A stretch of DNA of 64,000 nt from Verrucomicrobiota bacterium (lineage in GTDB: Bacteria > Verrucomicrobiota > Verrucomicrobiia > Limisphaerales > AAA164-E04). Under the pieces are notes generated by a model. That model had not been told where the DNA came from, ran no database searches, and worked only from the letters and a program-made list of their open reading frames with translations. Positions within the stretch are counted from its first letter, which is position 1; each line of letters begins with the position of its first letter. The DNA lies in contig CP170459.1 of assembly GCA_047947115.1 (NCBI GenBank), positions 2,944,001 through 3,008,000 of the forward strand, in the 5' to 3' direction. The position numbers were made by a program, and so were the translations under genes. Below, piece after piece: positions 38,608-48,215 of this stretch.

Positions 38608-39732
38608 TCAGGGGAGAGGGCGGGACTCAAGATTCAGAGCCCCATTTTCCGCACGCACCAACAAAACTGCATGATCGTCATCGAGCTGGTCCAGCTGATC
38701 TACTCCGGTCCAATTCTCGATGGTTTCGTAAGGAAGCCCCTTGATACCGCCTCCTTCAACACGTTCTTCGATTTTTTCAAAATTTTCAATATTCTTCGTG
38801 CTGATTTTCATGATACCCCGACTGCTGTTCGCCATCAACAGATAATCTTCACCATCTTTTTCGTAAATGATCATGTCCAGTGGACGATTGCGATTGCCCA
38901 GTTCGGCAATGGTTTTCCCAATGATTTTTGCACCGGGTTCAATGGATTTGAGAGGGAACTGGACCAATGGCGTGCAGGTGTAGGCAGCCAGCAAATGAGG
39001 CTCAGTACCAATGTGAAACGGCACAAAGGTCCGGACCGGGGAACGGGTCTCAAAGCGGCCGTGGGCACCATGGTATATTTCCACACTTGTACCGGCAGAA
39101 ATGGTTTTGAACGGGAAGGGGATCCCGCGCAACGTCGAGGACGTAAATTCTTCGTTCGCCAGACCTGCCACCAGAACACGATCCTCCAGAAATGCGATGT
39201 CCGTGATGGACTCCTGACGAGGGTTGCTTTGACGGCGACCTTCGCCTACTTCGGCATCGGGCGGGGCGTCAGGCAAGACCGCGGAGGAAAATGACACGTT
39301 ATTGAAATCCAGCACGGAGATATTCCCGGCATGGTCCACTTTGGCCAACACGGGGATAGCTTTCGGGCCTCTTCCTCTCGAGACGGAAAGGTAAACTTTG
39401 TGACTGGCCGGGTTGACGGCCACATCCTGAATCAGGATTTCATCTGCGCTTGTTCCCAAAAGAGCGGCCAATTTGAGATTGATGCCTTCAATTTTGACCG
39501 AAGCCTGTCCATGTGGGGTTGTCGTATCACCGGTCGCAATGGCGTGAACAGCCGCTGATTTGGCATCGGCGATGAACAGAATGCCTTCGGGACCAAAAGC
39601 GATGCTGCCAGCAGCCGCAATGTTCGGATTTCCAACTTTCATGCCCTCCTGCCAGTTGACCGCGTGTGCTGTATGGGACAGGAATAATGCCCCCATGCTG
39701 AGGGCGAATGCAGATTTAAAGATGTTTTTCAT
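38608..39732 (-). CDS. Secreted hypothetical protein, probable beta-propeller
   Basis: Signal peptide ending AHA; blade-like motifs IAFGPEGILFIAD, DVAVNP...VYLSV, ITDIAF...VLVAG, PLDMIIY. Confidence 0.8.
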   Translation of the reverse strand: MKNIFKSAFALSMGALFLSHTAHAVNWQEGMKVGNPNIAAAGSIAFGPEGILFIADAKSAAVHAIATGDTTTPHGQASVKIEGINLKLAALLGTSADEILIQDVAVNPASHKVYLSVSRGRGPKAIPVLAKVDHAGNISVLDFNNVSFSSAVLPDAPPDAEVGEGRRQSNPRQESITDIAFLEDRVLVAGLANEEFTSSTLRGIPFPFKTISAGTSVEIYHGAHGRFETRSPVRTFVPFHIGTEPHLLAAYTCTPLVQFPLKSIEPGAKIIGKTIAELGNRNRPLDMIIYEKDGEDYLLMANSSRGIMKISTKNIENFEKIEERVEGGGIKGLPYETIENWTGVDQLDQLDDDHAVLLVRAENGALNLESRPLP

Positions 39733-39864
39733 AGTGCTGTTTTAATTGAGACAAGCCAGGCGGCATGCAAGTTACGCTATAGATCCTTGTTTGACCGAAA
39801 AAAGCGGACGAGTAACTGCTATTACTGTCCGCTTTGATCAAATGAAATCGTTCCGGTTGAAGGG

Positions 39865-40752
39865 TTAATTTGCGTTTGCGAGTCTCTGGTATTTCTGGTG
39901 TTTGTAACGCGTGTGAACCCAGACAAAATCAGGATTGTTTTCATTGCCTCCATTCCAGTAAAAACTGGCTGTTCCATTGGATGAATCCGTTGCAGCCCTG
40001 ACGGTTGCTTCGTTTCTCCAAGTCCTGGTTTCAGAATGGCCGTCCGCAAATCCTATGGAACTATTGTTTCCGTGGAAAACAGCAAAGGGATCTACCCAAC
40101 CTAAAGAAGGCTGAACATTGATGACCCAGGTGCCGCGATTGAAATCACGTGGATCGGCTTCTTCAATAAAGACCATGGCTTCTGTCGGGCCGTTAACTGA
40201 ACCAAGTTTGACGTAAGGAGGTTGTGGGCCTGAGGAAGATCCCCCAGTTCCGGAACCCTGCCAACCGCCCCCATTCATACCATTGGCCTTTGAGTAGCTG
40301 TCATAAGCCCAACCGGAACCGGGTTTGTTGCGTTTGGTGCGAATATCTCCCGGGCAATGATATGCTCCAGGTGCCGAGACGTAGCTGAAAAGAGGGCCTT
40401 TGCGTATGCCGTCTTCCACCCGCATTGTGGCATCCGATTTGGTCATGCTTGCAGTGATGCCGGTAAAATTAAAACTTCCGTCACCTCCCAGTGTGCCGGG
40501 ACCCGGCCAGAATCCACCGGCTGGATTGCCGTTCGTGTCGATCATTTTATCCTCGTTGTCATTGGCATACATGACAAAGCCCAAGCCCAATTGTTTCTGA
40601 TTACTCAGACAAACCGCTCCGAGGGCTTTGAGTTTGGCCTTGCTCAGCGCTGGCAAGAGCATGCCTGCCAAAATGGCGATGATTGCGATGACGACCAACA
40701 ATTCAATCAAGGTAAATCCTGATTTGGGTGACTTTGATATGCGTACGTTCAT
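39865..40752 (-). CDS. Prepilin-type N-terminal cleavage/methylation domain protein with H-X9-DG motif
   Basis: [55 protein letters not shown]. Confidence 0.93.
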   Translation of the reverse strand: MNVRISKSPKSGFTLIELLVVIAIIAILAGMLLPALSKAKLKALGAVCLSNQKQLGLGFVMYANDNEDKMIDTNGNPAGGFWPGPGTLGGDGSFNFTGITASMTKSDATMRVEDGIRKGPLFSYVSAPGAYHCPGDIRTKRNKPGSGWAYDSYSKANGMNGGGWQGSGTGGSSSGPQPPYVKLGSVNGPTEAMVFIEEADPRDFNRGTWVINVQPSLGWVDPFAVFHGNNSSIGFADGHSETRTWRNEATVRAATDSSNGTASFYWNGGNENNPDFVWVHTRYKHQKYQRLANAN

Positions 40753-40856
40753 AATCTAACGATGTGTTCAACAATTAGTGTCTGATCTAACTACCATGTA
40801 AATTCAAAATGTGAAGCAAAAAGTGCGGCGTTAACGATAACTGGAATCCTCTGCTA

Positions 40857-42437
40857 TCAACGAGCTGTGCTCTGATTTTTAATGGCCTCCAGTTTTTTCT
40901 TCATTTCCTTGGCTTTTTCCGGGTAAATCCCTGAAAGATCATTCTTTTCACCCAGGTCGTCCCCGAGAAAAAAGAGGTGGCCGTCGGGGTGATTGCCCAG
41001 TTCCGTGTTGGTGGTTTGGTTGATCCTTGCCCCTTTGGAGCCTTCGATCCATTTCCAATCTCCCACCCGGAGGGACAAGGCTCTGGCTTGTGCGACCAGA
41101 TGATCTCTCCCCATGTTCGTATCTCCCAACAGAGCAGGAAGCAGATTGAAGCTGTCAGCAGCGGCCCCTTTTGGCATGGATACTCCCATGAGTGCCGCAA
41201 AACTGGCGGGCAGATCGACCTGGCACACCAGGGCGCTGCTTCGGCCCGGCTCGATTTTCCGGGGCCATCGAACAATCCATGGCACGCGTGTGCCTGCTTC
41301 AAATGCGCTGTATTTTCCTCCCCGGAAAGGGCCCGCAGGGTTGTGGGAACCAAGTTGTTCCACTGCCTGGTCTTTGTAGCCATCGTCGATGACCGGACCG
41401 TTGTCGCTTGTGAACAGGACCATTGTGTTCTCGGCAAGCCCCCGCTGGTCGAGTGTTTTAAGGATTTCGCCTACACACCAGTCCAGTTGGACAATCGCAT
41501 CGCCCCGTGGTCCCATTTCGGTTTTCCCTGCGAATCTTGGATGTGGTACGCGTGGTACATGGATGTCGTGGAAGGAGAAAAACAGGAAAAACGAATCCTG
41601 TGCGTTGGTTTCAATGAATTTCACAGCCTGTGAGGTGATGACGTCTGCCATGTCTTCATCTTTCCACAGGGCTGATTTGCCTCCGCTCATGTAGCCAATT
41701 CGGCTGATGCCGTTGATAATGGTTCGATCATGTCCATGACTTGGGTGCATTTTTAACAATTCCGGATGTTCAGCTCCGATAGGTTCCTTGCCAATCCGTT
41801 TGCTGAAACTGACTTCGATCGGATCGTTGGGATCCAGATCCACGATGCGGTGATTCTCGACGTAAACACAAGGAACACGGTCACCCGTGGCCGGGATGAG
41901 GTAGGCATAATCAAATCCCAGTTCCAGTGGTCCGGGTTTGATGTCGCCATTCCAGTCCGCCCCGCCTTTTGGCCCCAGGCCAAGGTGCCATTTGCCGACG
42001 ACGCCGGTTTTGTAGTCCGCTTTTTGTGCGATGTCCGCCAAGGTGAACGTGTCTGGGGCAATGATAAGCGGCGCGTCGCCGCGCGCAATGCCCGTGCCGG
42101 GCTGGCGCCAGGCGTATTGTCCGGTCAGCATCGAAAAGCGCGAGGGGGTGCAGGTCGCCGCAGATGCGTGGCCGTCGGTGAACAGGAGGCCTTCCCTGGC
42201 CAATCGGTCGATATGCGGGGTTTTTACGGCCTTGGCGCCATAGCATCCGACATCCGCGTATCCCAGATCATCTGCGTAAATCAAGACAATGTTGGGTTTG
42301 CTTTCTGCGGCATGAGTGGTCGCTGTTCCGACTGTCCATGAAGCAAGGCATACGATCAATGCTCCGAAAGCGCCGGCAGCAGCGCGGTTTGGGGTCCGCG
42401 CGCGATATGTTGTCGGTAACAGGTGAAAAGGAGACAT
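40857..42437 (-). CDS. Arylsulfatase (Cys type)
   Basis: KPNIVLIYADDLG, CTPSRFSMLTG, GKWHLG, ATGDRVPCV, TSDNG, FEAGTRVP. Confidence 0.93.
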   Translation of the reverse strand: MSPFHLLPTTYRARTPNRAAAGAFGALIVCLASWTVGTATTHAAESKPNIVLIYADDLGYADVGCYGAKAVKTPHIDRLAREGLLFTDGHASAATCTPSRFSMLTGQYAWRQPGTGIARGDAPLIIAPDTFTLADIAQKADYKTGVVGKWHLGLGPKGGADWNGDIKPGPLELGFDYAYLIPATGDRVPCVYVENHRIVDLDPNDPIEVSFSKRIGKEPIGAEHPELLKMHPSHGHDRTIINGISRIGYMSGGKSALWKDEDMADVITSQAVKFIETNAQDSFFLFFSFHDIHVPRVPHPRFAGKTEMGPRGDAIVQLDWCVGEILKTLDQRGLAENTMVLFTSDNGPVIDDGYKDQAVEQLGSHNPAGPFRGGKYSAFEAGTRVPWIVRWPRKIEPGRSSALVCQVDLPASFAALMGVSMPKGAAADSFNLLPALLGDTNMGRDHLVAQARALSLRVGDWKWIEGSKGARINQTTNTELGNHPDGHLFFLGDDLGEKNDLSGIYPEKAKEMKKKLEAIKNQSTAR

Positions 42438-42674
42438 GGGATTGTTGTCTGCCAAAATGGTCCAGTAGACAAGCGAATTTGTAGCGATCCCTAACTTTCA
42501 ACTGTGGAGAACGGATGACGAAGCCCCCGATTTTTGGTGTCTTGATGCCAAGCATGGTTCAGACTTTTTGTGAAAAATATCGCATGCAAGGGTTGTCATC
42601 AGATAATCCGAGGGTAAGGTGGGGGCGCATTTAAAACTTGGCATATTATATCACTTATTGACTCGAAACATAAC

Positions 42675-43820
42675 ATGAACTTTGACTCCATGAGTTTTCC
42701 CCCGTTCAGTCTGTCCAGACTGCTGACCACCGTCTTTGCACCCAAATCTGGTGAACGCGTTGCTGTGTTGATCGATCTGGAAGATACGTCGTTGATGAAA
42801 GACTTTGCCTTTCTGAAAGAGGACGCCTTGACCATCCAGCGTAAAGCGCATGATGTGTTCTATCTTGGGCTTAAGAACGGTGTGTCAGATGAGCTGGGCC
42901 TGACCGGTGGTGACATCTTCGCATACAAGCGAACCGGAGGCAGTAACCTGGACTTGCCGGATGAAGCCTACGATGCGGAGGGAAAACAATACAGTTTCGA
43001 AAAGGACATTTACCCGCATTACAACATTCTACTTTGCATTTCCACCGATTCCGCGACTGCGCCCTTAACGGCCTTCGCCAAGCAATTCGGATTTAGAGGC
43101 GCCACCTTGCATGGTTTAAACGATATCATCCTGAACAGCGGTTTGGCGGTTGACTACAATATCATCAGCAAGGAGGCGGAAAAACTGCGCGCCGCACTGA
43201 CTAAAGCCGACGCGTTCCAGGTGGATTTCGAAGTGGAAGGCCAGTCGATGACGCTTGAGTTGATGACAGGTCAACAAGAGGCTCAGAAGAGTCACGGCTT
43301 GTGCCATGGCGAAGTGCCGGATGTGGCGAACCTTCCGGCCGGTGAAGTTTACTTTGTTCCGACCGGTGGTCAGGGACAGTTTCCGATGAAGTATGAAGGC
43401 GGAACCATTGGCATCATGGACGTGGCTGATGGGAGTATCCAAAAGGCAACCCTGCTCAAAGGCGATGCTGATATTATCGAAGCTCACAATGCCAAACTGG
43501 CATCCGATCCTGTGACGGGCGTGCTCGGTGAGCTTGGATTCGGCACGCAGGTCCTGCCAGTCTCCGGTAAGGATATTCAGGATGAAAAAATCTTGGGAAC
43601 GATGCACGTGGCCACCGGGCGAAGCGACCATCTGGGAGGTGATCTGACTCCGGATAAATTCGCCAAGAAACTCAATGCCACCCACGATGATATCCTGTTT
43701 TCACCCAGCAAAACCCCTGAGATCCTTGTGAAGCAAGTCCGTATGATCCGGGACGGACAATCCACCGTCGTGCTCGAAAACTTTCAGACTGCGGAGTATC
43801 TCTCGAAAGCTATTCAGTGA
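42675..43820 (+). CDS. Aminopeptidase T / M29-like metallopeptidase-fold protein
   Basis: NLPAGEVYF, GELGFG, QDEKILGTMHVATGRS.HLGG and THDD metal-ligand pattern. Confidence 0.65.
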   Translation: MNFDSMSFPPFSLSRLLTTVFAPKSGERVAVLIDLEDTSLMKDFAFLKEDALTIQRKAHDVFYLGLKNGVSDELGLTGGDIFAYKRTGGSNLDLPDEAYDAEGKQYSFEKDIYPHYNILLCISTDSATAPLTAFAKQFGFRGATLHGLNDIILNSGLAVDYNIISKEAEKLRAALTKADAFQVDFEVEGQSMTLELMTGQQEAQKSHGLCHGEVPDVANLPAGEVYFVPTGGQGQFPMKYEGGTIGIMDVADGSIQKATLLKGDADIIEAHNAKLASDPVTGVLGELGFGTQVLPVSGKDIQDEKILGTMHVATGRSDHLGGDLTPDKFAKKLNATHDDILFSPSKTPEILVKQVRMIRDGQSTVVLENFQTAEYLSKAIQ

Positions 43821-43837
43821 TTTACAGTGGCTTTTTG

Positions 43838-43910
43838 TCTCACACAAAGACACTCATTCACGAAGTTTTTTCAATCTCGATTCTTTGTGTCTTTGAGGCT
43901 TTGTGTGAGA
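43838..43910. repeat. Long imperfect palindrome of the TCTCACACAAAG element between convergent genes
   Basis: TCTCACACAAAG (43838) ... CTTTGTGTGAGA (43910), with inner arms CACGAAG / CTTTGTG. Confidence 0.8.
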
Positions 43911-43936
43911 TGAATACTTTTATTGCCGACTACATA

Positions 43937-44449
43937 TTATTTGTAGCGGATGAAAAACAGCTTCAATCCTTCAGGATCCGTCTTTTGGGGGCTTCCAAAG
44001 GACTGGGGGACGGTGCGGCGGCCTTTCCAGTCGATGGGCTTGGCTTTGAGTTCGGGGTCGCTCAGGGGAGCGGTTGGGTCAAACCATTTCCAGATGGGGA
44101 TTCGATGCCCTTTGGAATCTGATTCCCGACTGTCTTGTCCGTCCATTTTCTTTCGCTCGAAGGGCGCGAGCCATTCTTTCAACAATCCGCCCGTTTCCAG
44201 TTTTCGCGGTTTTTTGGTGGTCAGTTGTGATTCTTCGGGCGTTTTGATTTCAGGGCTTTGCATGGTTGCCTGAGTCTGTGCTTCAAGAATTTTGAGAGTG
44301 GTTTCAGATAGAGCAGGTGATGGGGTTATTGTCGAAGCTGCTGTTTCCTGTCCGTAAAGCGTGGTGCATGAAATGATGGTTGCCAGCATTGTCAAAAGTC
44401 GGGCGGTGGTGGCAGAAGGATTTGACCTGGCATTGTTCAAATTGTTCAT
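43937..44449 (-). CDS. Small secreted hypothetical protein
   Basis: Signal-like LLTMLATIISCTTLYG, S/T/E-rich linker; fills the gap divergent from the DUF1549 gene. Confidence 0.55.
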   Translation of the reverse strand: MNNLNNARSNPSATTARLLTMLATIISCTTLYGQETAASTITPSPALSETTLKILEAQTQATMQSPEIKTPEESQLTTKKPRKLETGGLLKEWLAPFERKKMDGQDSRESDSKGHRIPIWKWFDPTAPLSDPELKAKPIDWKGRRTVPQSFGSPQKTDPEGLKLFFIRYK

Positions 44450-44550
44450 GGTGTCTTTCAGAGTGGTTTTGCACAGTAAACCCCGAGACTTCTTACTTGG
44501 CAATCTTGATTTATCGGAGCATATTTTCGTTGAATCATTTTCATCCGGTT

Positions 44551-46578
44551 ATGAACACAGAACCCCGTTCCTTTTGTTTGTCGTCAGGTGGTTTCTTCCG
44601 AGGCGGTGGAGAGTCCATTTTGGGCGCCTGCTTGTTGATTTGCCTCTCTTTGTCTTTTTCATTAAACGGAGCTGCTGTGGATCGATCCGGTGACGCCGAC
44701 CTCCTGGCGCGCTGCAAGCAAATCGATGCTTTCATCATTGAACGCCTCCAAAGGGAAGGTGTGCAACCATTGCGTCCTGCTGAGGAAACTGTTTTGCTGC
44801 GTCGTCTGTATCTCGACCTGGTCGGTCGCATTCCGACGACGGATGAGGCCGGTCAATATCTGACCGCCACAAACCCAGGCAAGCTGGGACGTTTGATCAA
44901 GGATCTACTCGATTCCGAGGGACACGTGAGTCACGAATTCAACCTTTGGGCCGATCTGTTGCGTGTTCAATCGCGCATGCGTAATCTGCCGGGGCATCCT
45001 TATGTGGAATGGATTCAGGAATCGTTTCGTAGGAACATGCCCTATGATGAGTTCGTTTCCAATTTGATCACCGCTGAAGGGTATCTCTGGGATGATGGAG
45101 CTACGGGTTTTTATTTCCGGGATGCCGGGATGGAACTAGACCACATGGCGAACACCTTCCAAGTGTTTCTGGGAACCCAGGTGGTATGTGCGCAATGTCA
45201 TGATCACCCCTACGATAGTTGGACACAAAAGCAGTATTACGAACAGGCTGCTTACATCTATGGCGTGAAGACCAGCGATCCCAAAGCAGGGCGCAAGTTT
45301 CGTGAGTTGGGAAACAACAAGGCAAGGGAAGATATTGATCCCGAATTGAAGGTGGCCGCCCGGCGCATGGTGCGACCACTCCGCAGCCGCGTGTTCGAGA
45401 GCAGGACCCCCTTGAAACTTCCCCATGATTATCAGTATGACGATGCGGAGCCCAAGTCTGCCGTCTCTCCTCACCCGATGTTCGGGGATGTCAAACGTTC
45501 ACATATCGAGGGTTCCCTGAGGCACCAGTATGCGGCATGGATGACCGATCCTGAAAACCCACGGTTTGCGACGGTGGTGGCCAATCGTTATTGGAAACGA
45601 TTGATGGGAGTGGGATTGATTGAACCGGTGGATGATCTCAAGGACAGTGTGGAGGCCAGTCATCCTGAATTGTTGAAATTCCTGGCCGATACCTTGGTGG
45701 AAATAGGTTTTGATTTGAGGAAGTTTCAGGCCATCCTTTGTCAGACGGAAACCTACCAGCGTGCCACCTTGAATCGGGAACTGGATCCGGATGCTCCGTT
45801 CCTGTTTGAAGGACGTCCCCTGGAACGCATGCGTGCCGAGCAGATGTGGGACTCGGTGATGGCGTTGATCGTTCCCGATCTGGATGAACGTCCGGGGACG
45901 GTGCGCACGGACCGGAATTTTGAACTGGCTCGTCAGATGCAGGACAAATCCCTCGATGAAATCCTGGCGATTGTCGAAAAAGAAGATGCTTTGGAAAAAT
46001 CCATTCGATCCACACAGAACAAGATGAACCAAATGCAGCGTCGTTTGAGAAATCTCCAAAGGCAGAAACGCAAGGATCAGGCAGATGAACTTCAAGACAA
46101 GCTGAAGGATATGCGCGAGCAAATCGCCTCCTATCGCGCTGAATCGATGGTGTCTTTTGATCGGGAACGGGACAAGGAGCAAGATCGATGGAATGGATTA
46201 CCCGGACAGTTGGTGCGCGCTTCGGCTGTTCAGTCGCCGGCTCCGGAAGGTCACTTTTTGAGAGAATTCGGTCAATCCGATCGTGAAACTATCGATGCTT
46301 CCAGCGACGAGGCGAGCGTGCCTCAGGCTTTGATGTTGTTGAATGGACCGGTCATGGATTACCTGAAAAGCGGCCGGGCCGAACTGGCATCCGCACTCAA
46401 ACAAGCCGAAACGCCTGATGCAAAACTGGACGTATTATTCATGGGTTTCCTGACGCGCAAGCCAAGCGTCGAGGAGAAAGAATGGCTTTTGTCCGAATGG
46501 AACCAGCATGGCAATGAGGCAGTCGAAAAAATTGCCTGGATGCTTTTGAATGCCCGGGAGTTTTCGTTTATTCAGTAA
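44551..46578 (+). CDS. DUF1549 (PSCyt2) and DUF1553 (PSD1) domain protein
   Basis: IDAFI, LLRRLYLDLVGRIPT, WADLLR, FLG...CAQCHDHP.D.W.Q..YY, NPRFA...ANRYW..LMG.G..EPVDD, SHPELL, VPQALMLLNG. Confidence 0.92.
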   Translation: MNTEPRSFCLSSGGFFRGGGESILGACLLICLSLSFSLNGAAVDRSGDADLLARCKQIDAFIIERLQREGVQPLRPAEETVLLRRLYLDLVGRIPTTDEAGQYLTATNPGKLGRLIKDLLDSEGHVSHEFNLWADLLRVQSRMRNLPGHPYVEWIQESFRRNMPYDEFVSNLITAEGYLWDDGATGFYFRDAGMELDHMANTFQVFLGTQVVCAQCHDHPYDSWTQKQYYEQAAYIYGVKTSDPKAGRKFRELGNNKAREDIDPELKVAARRMVRPLRSRVFESRTPLKLPHDYQYDDAEPKSAVSPHPMFGDVKRSHIEGSLRHQYAAWMTDPENPRFATVVANRYWKRLMGVGLIEPVDDLKDSVEASHPELLKFLADTLVEIGFDLRKFQAILCQTETYQRATLNRELDPDAPFLFEGRPLERMRAEQMWDSVMALIVPDLDERPGTVRTDRNFELARQMQDKSLDEILAIVEKEDALEKSIRSTQNKMNQMQRRLRNLQRQKRKDQADELQDKLKDMREQIASYRAESMVSFDRERDKEQDRWNGLPGQLVRASAVQSPAPEGHFLREFGQSDRETIDASSDEASVPQALMLLNGPVMDYLKSGRAELASALKQAETPDAKLDVLFMGFLTRKPSVEEKEWLLSEWNQHGNEAVEKIAWMLLNAREFSFIQ

Positions 46579-46613
46579 GCCATCAGATTTCGATCCATCA
46601 GCCTCGATTCAAT

Positions 46614-47915
46614 ATGAAACCTTCACTCAATCTGGAAACCGGATGCACACGGCGTGCCTTTGCCGGTTATTTGGCCAAATCGCTTCTGGGCGTGGGTTTG
46701 GCTCCCTGGGCATCGCATGCCTTGGCGGGAGTTGCCTCCCAGTCCATGCCAGGCGTTGTTCGCAGGGGGGCGGCGACCAAGGTGATTTATCTGTATATGA
46801 ACGGGGGAATGAGTCATCTTGATACTCTGGACCCGAAAACGGATTCGGAGGTGCGTGGCCCGGTAGAAAGTCTTGTTTCCCCGAAATGCGGGATCAAGGT
46901 CAGTGAGTACCTGCCACGCATGGCCGGCCTGATGCATCACACTGCGGTCTTCCGTGGTATGCAATCCAACCAGGGGGCGCATGAACGCGGGCGCTATTAT
47001 GTTTGGACCGGATACAACCAGCGTGGCACGATCCAGCATCCCGCCATGGGAGCATGGGCGGTTCGTTTGGGGGGACTGATCAATCCGAATCTACCGGGTT
47101 ACGTTAAAGTGGGCGGCGACAGCCGGCATCCCGGTGGCGGTTTTATGGAGGCCCAATACGCCCCACTGCCGATCCGCAATCCGGACAGCGGCCTTCAAAA
47201 CAGCGGCAAACCAAGAGGTCTTGATGAAAGTGAATATGAAGATCGTTTGAACATGGCCAGGCGGTTTAATCGCAAATTTCAGGAAGATTACAATGTGAAA
47301 AGTGTCCGGGCGTATTCGGATGCGTATGAGAATGCGGTCAAGTTGATGAAAAGTCAGGATCTGGCTGCGTTTGACATCAGCAGCGAACCTGATTCCTTGA
47401 AAACAGCCTACGGCGACGATGCTTTTGGTAAAGGTTGCCTGCTGGCCCGGCGTCTGGTAGAGCGTGATGTCCGCTTCGTGGAGGTCAGTCTCGGTGGGTG
47501 GGACACTCATCAGGACAACTTCACCCGTGTGCCCCAGCGAACAGCCATACTGGACCAGGCCTTGAGCACCTTGATTCGGGATCTTTCCAGCCGGGGCTTG
47601 CTGGAAGAAACTCTGGTGGTGTTGGCGACCGAGTTCGGCAGGACGCCCAAGATCAATCAGAACGATGGACGTGACCATTATCCGAAAGCCTTCAGTTGCT
47701 TGCTGGCGGGTGGAGGGATCCGGGGCGGCTCGGTGATTGGGCGGACTGATGCCAAAGGTGCCAATGTCATTTCCAATCCGGTATCCATTCCGGACTTCAA
47801 CGCGACCATAGCCTACGCATTGGGACTGCCTCAGGAGGAAGTTATCTATTCACCCTCAGGCCGACCCTTTACGGTGGCGGACAAAGGCAAGCCAGTGACC
47901 TCGGTTTTTGCTTAA
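46614..47915 (+). CDS. DUF1501 domain protein (Tat-exported)
   Basis: TRRAF twin-arginine leader, YLYMNGGMSHLDTLDPK, GCLLARRLVE, GGWDTH, TEFGRTP, GRDHYP. Confidence 0.93.
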   Translation: MKPSLNLETGCTRRAFAGYLAKSLLGVGLAPWASHALAGVASQSMPGVVRRGAATKVIYLYMNGGMSHLDTLDPKTDSEVRGPVESLVSPKCGIKVSEYLPRMAGLMHHTAVFRGMQSNQGAHERGRYYVWTGYNQRGTIQHPAMGAWAVRLGGLINPNLPGYVKVGGDSRHPGGGFMEAQYAPLPIRNPDSGLQNSGKPRGLDESEYEDRLNMARRFNRKFQEDYNVKSVRAYSDAYENAVKLMKSQDLAAFDISSEPDSLKTAYGDDAFGKGCLLARRLVERDVRFVEVSLGGWDTHQDNFTRVPQRTAILDQALSTLIRDLSSRGLLEETLVVLATEFGRTPKINQNDGRDHYPKAFSCLLAGGGIRGGSVIGRTDAKGANVISNPVSIPDFNATIAYALGLPQEEVIYSPSGRPFTVADKGKPVTSVFA

Positions 47916-48146
47916 GTCAGAGCGATTACTAACTCCCCGGTTCGTAAACAATGCCCAAAGCCCCCTTCGCAGAGCGGCGTGCAGCGCCGTTCTGGATCCT
48001 TCAGGGAAACGTCATTGCTTCCTAATCAATCAGTGCCGGGACATCCCCTCGTGAATAATTCCGTTGTGTGGAAAGAATTCTGACTTGGAGTGTTTGAATG
48101 CTGAGGGCTTCCCATTTTGGCGTCTTGGAATTTGGGTGCCAAAAGG

Positions 48147-48172
48147 GGCGCGCCGGGGACCGCACGATCTAC
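48147..48172 (-). repeat. Degenerate GTAG-type REP-like element
   Basis: Minus strand GTAG-ATCGTGCGG-TCC-CCGGCGCGCC in the intergenic gap between convergent genes. Confidence 0.4.
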
Positions 48173-48215
48173 CTTAGCTGGCGTAGGCGATGAAGCGGGA
48201 AATTCCAGGTGGGTT

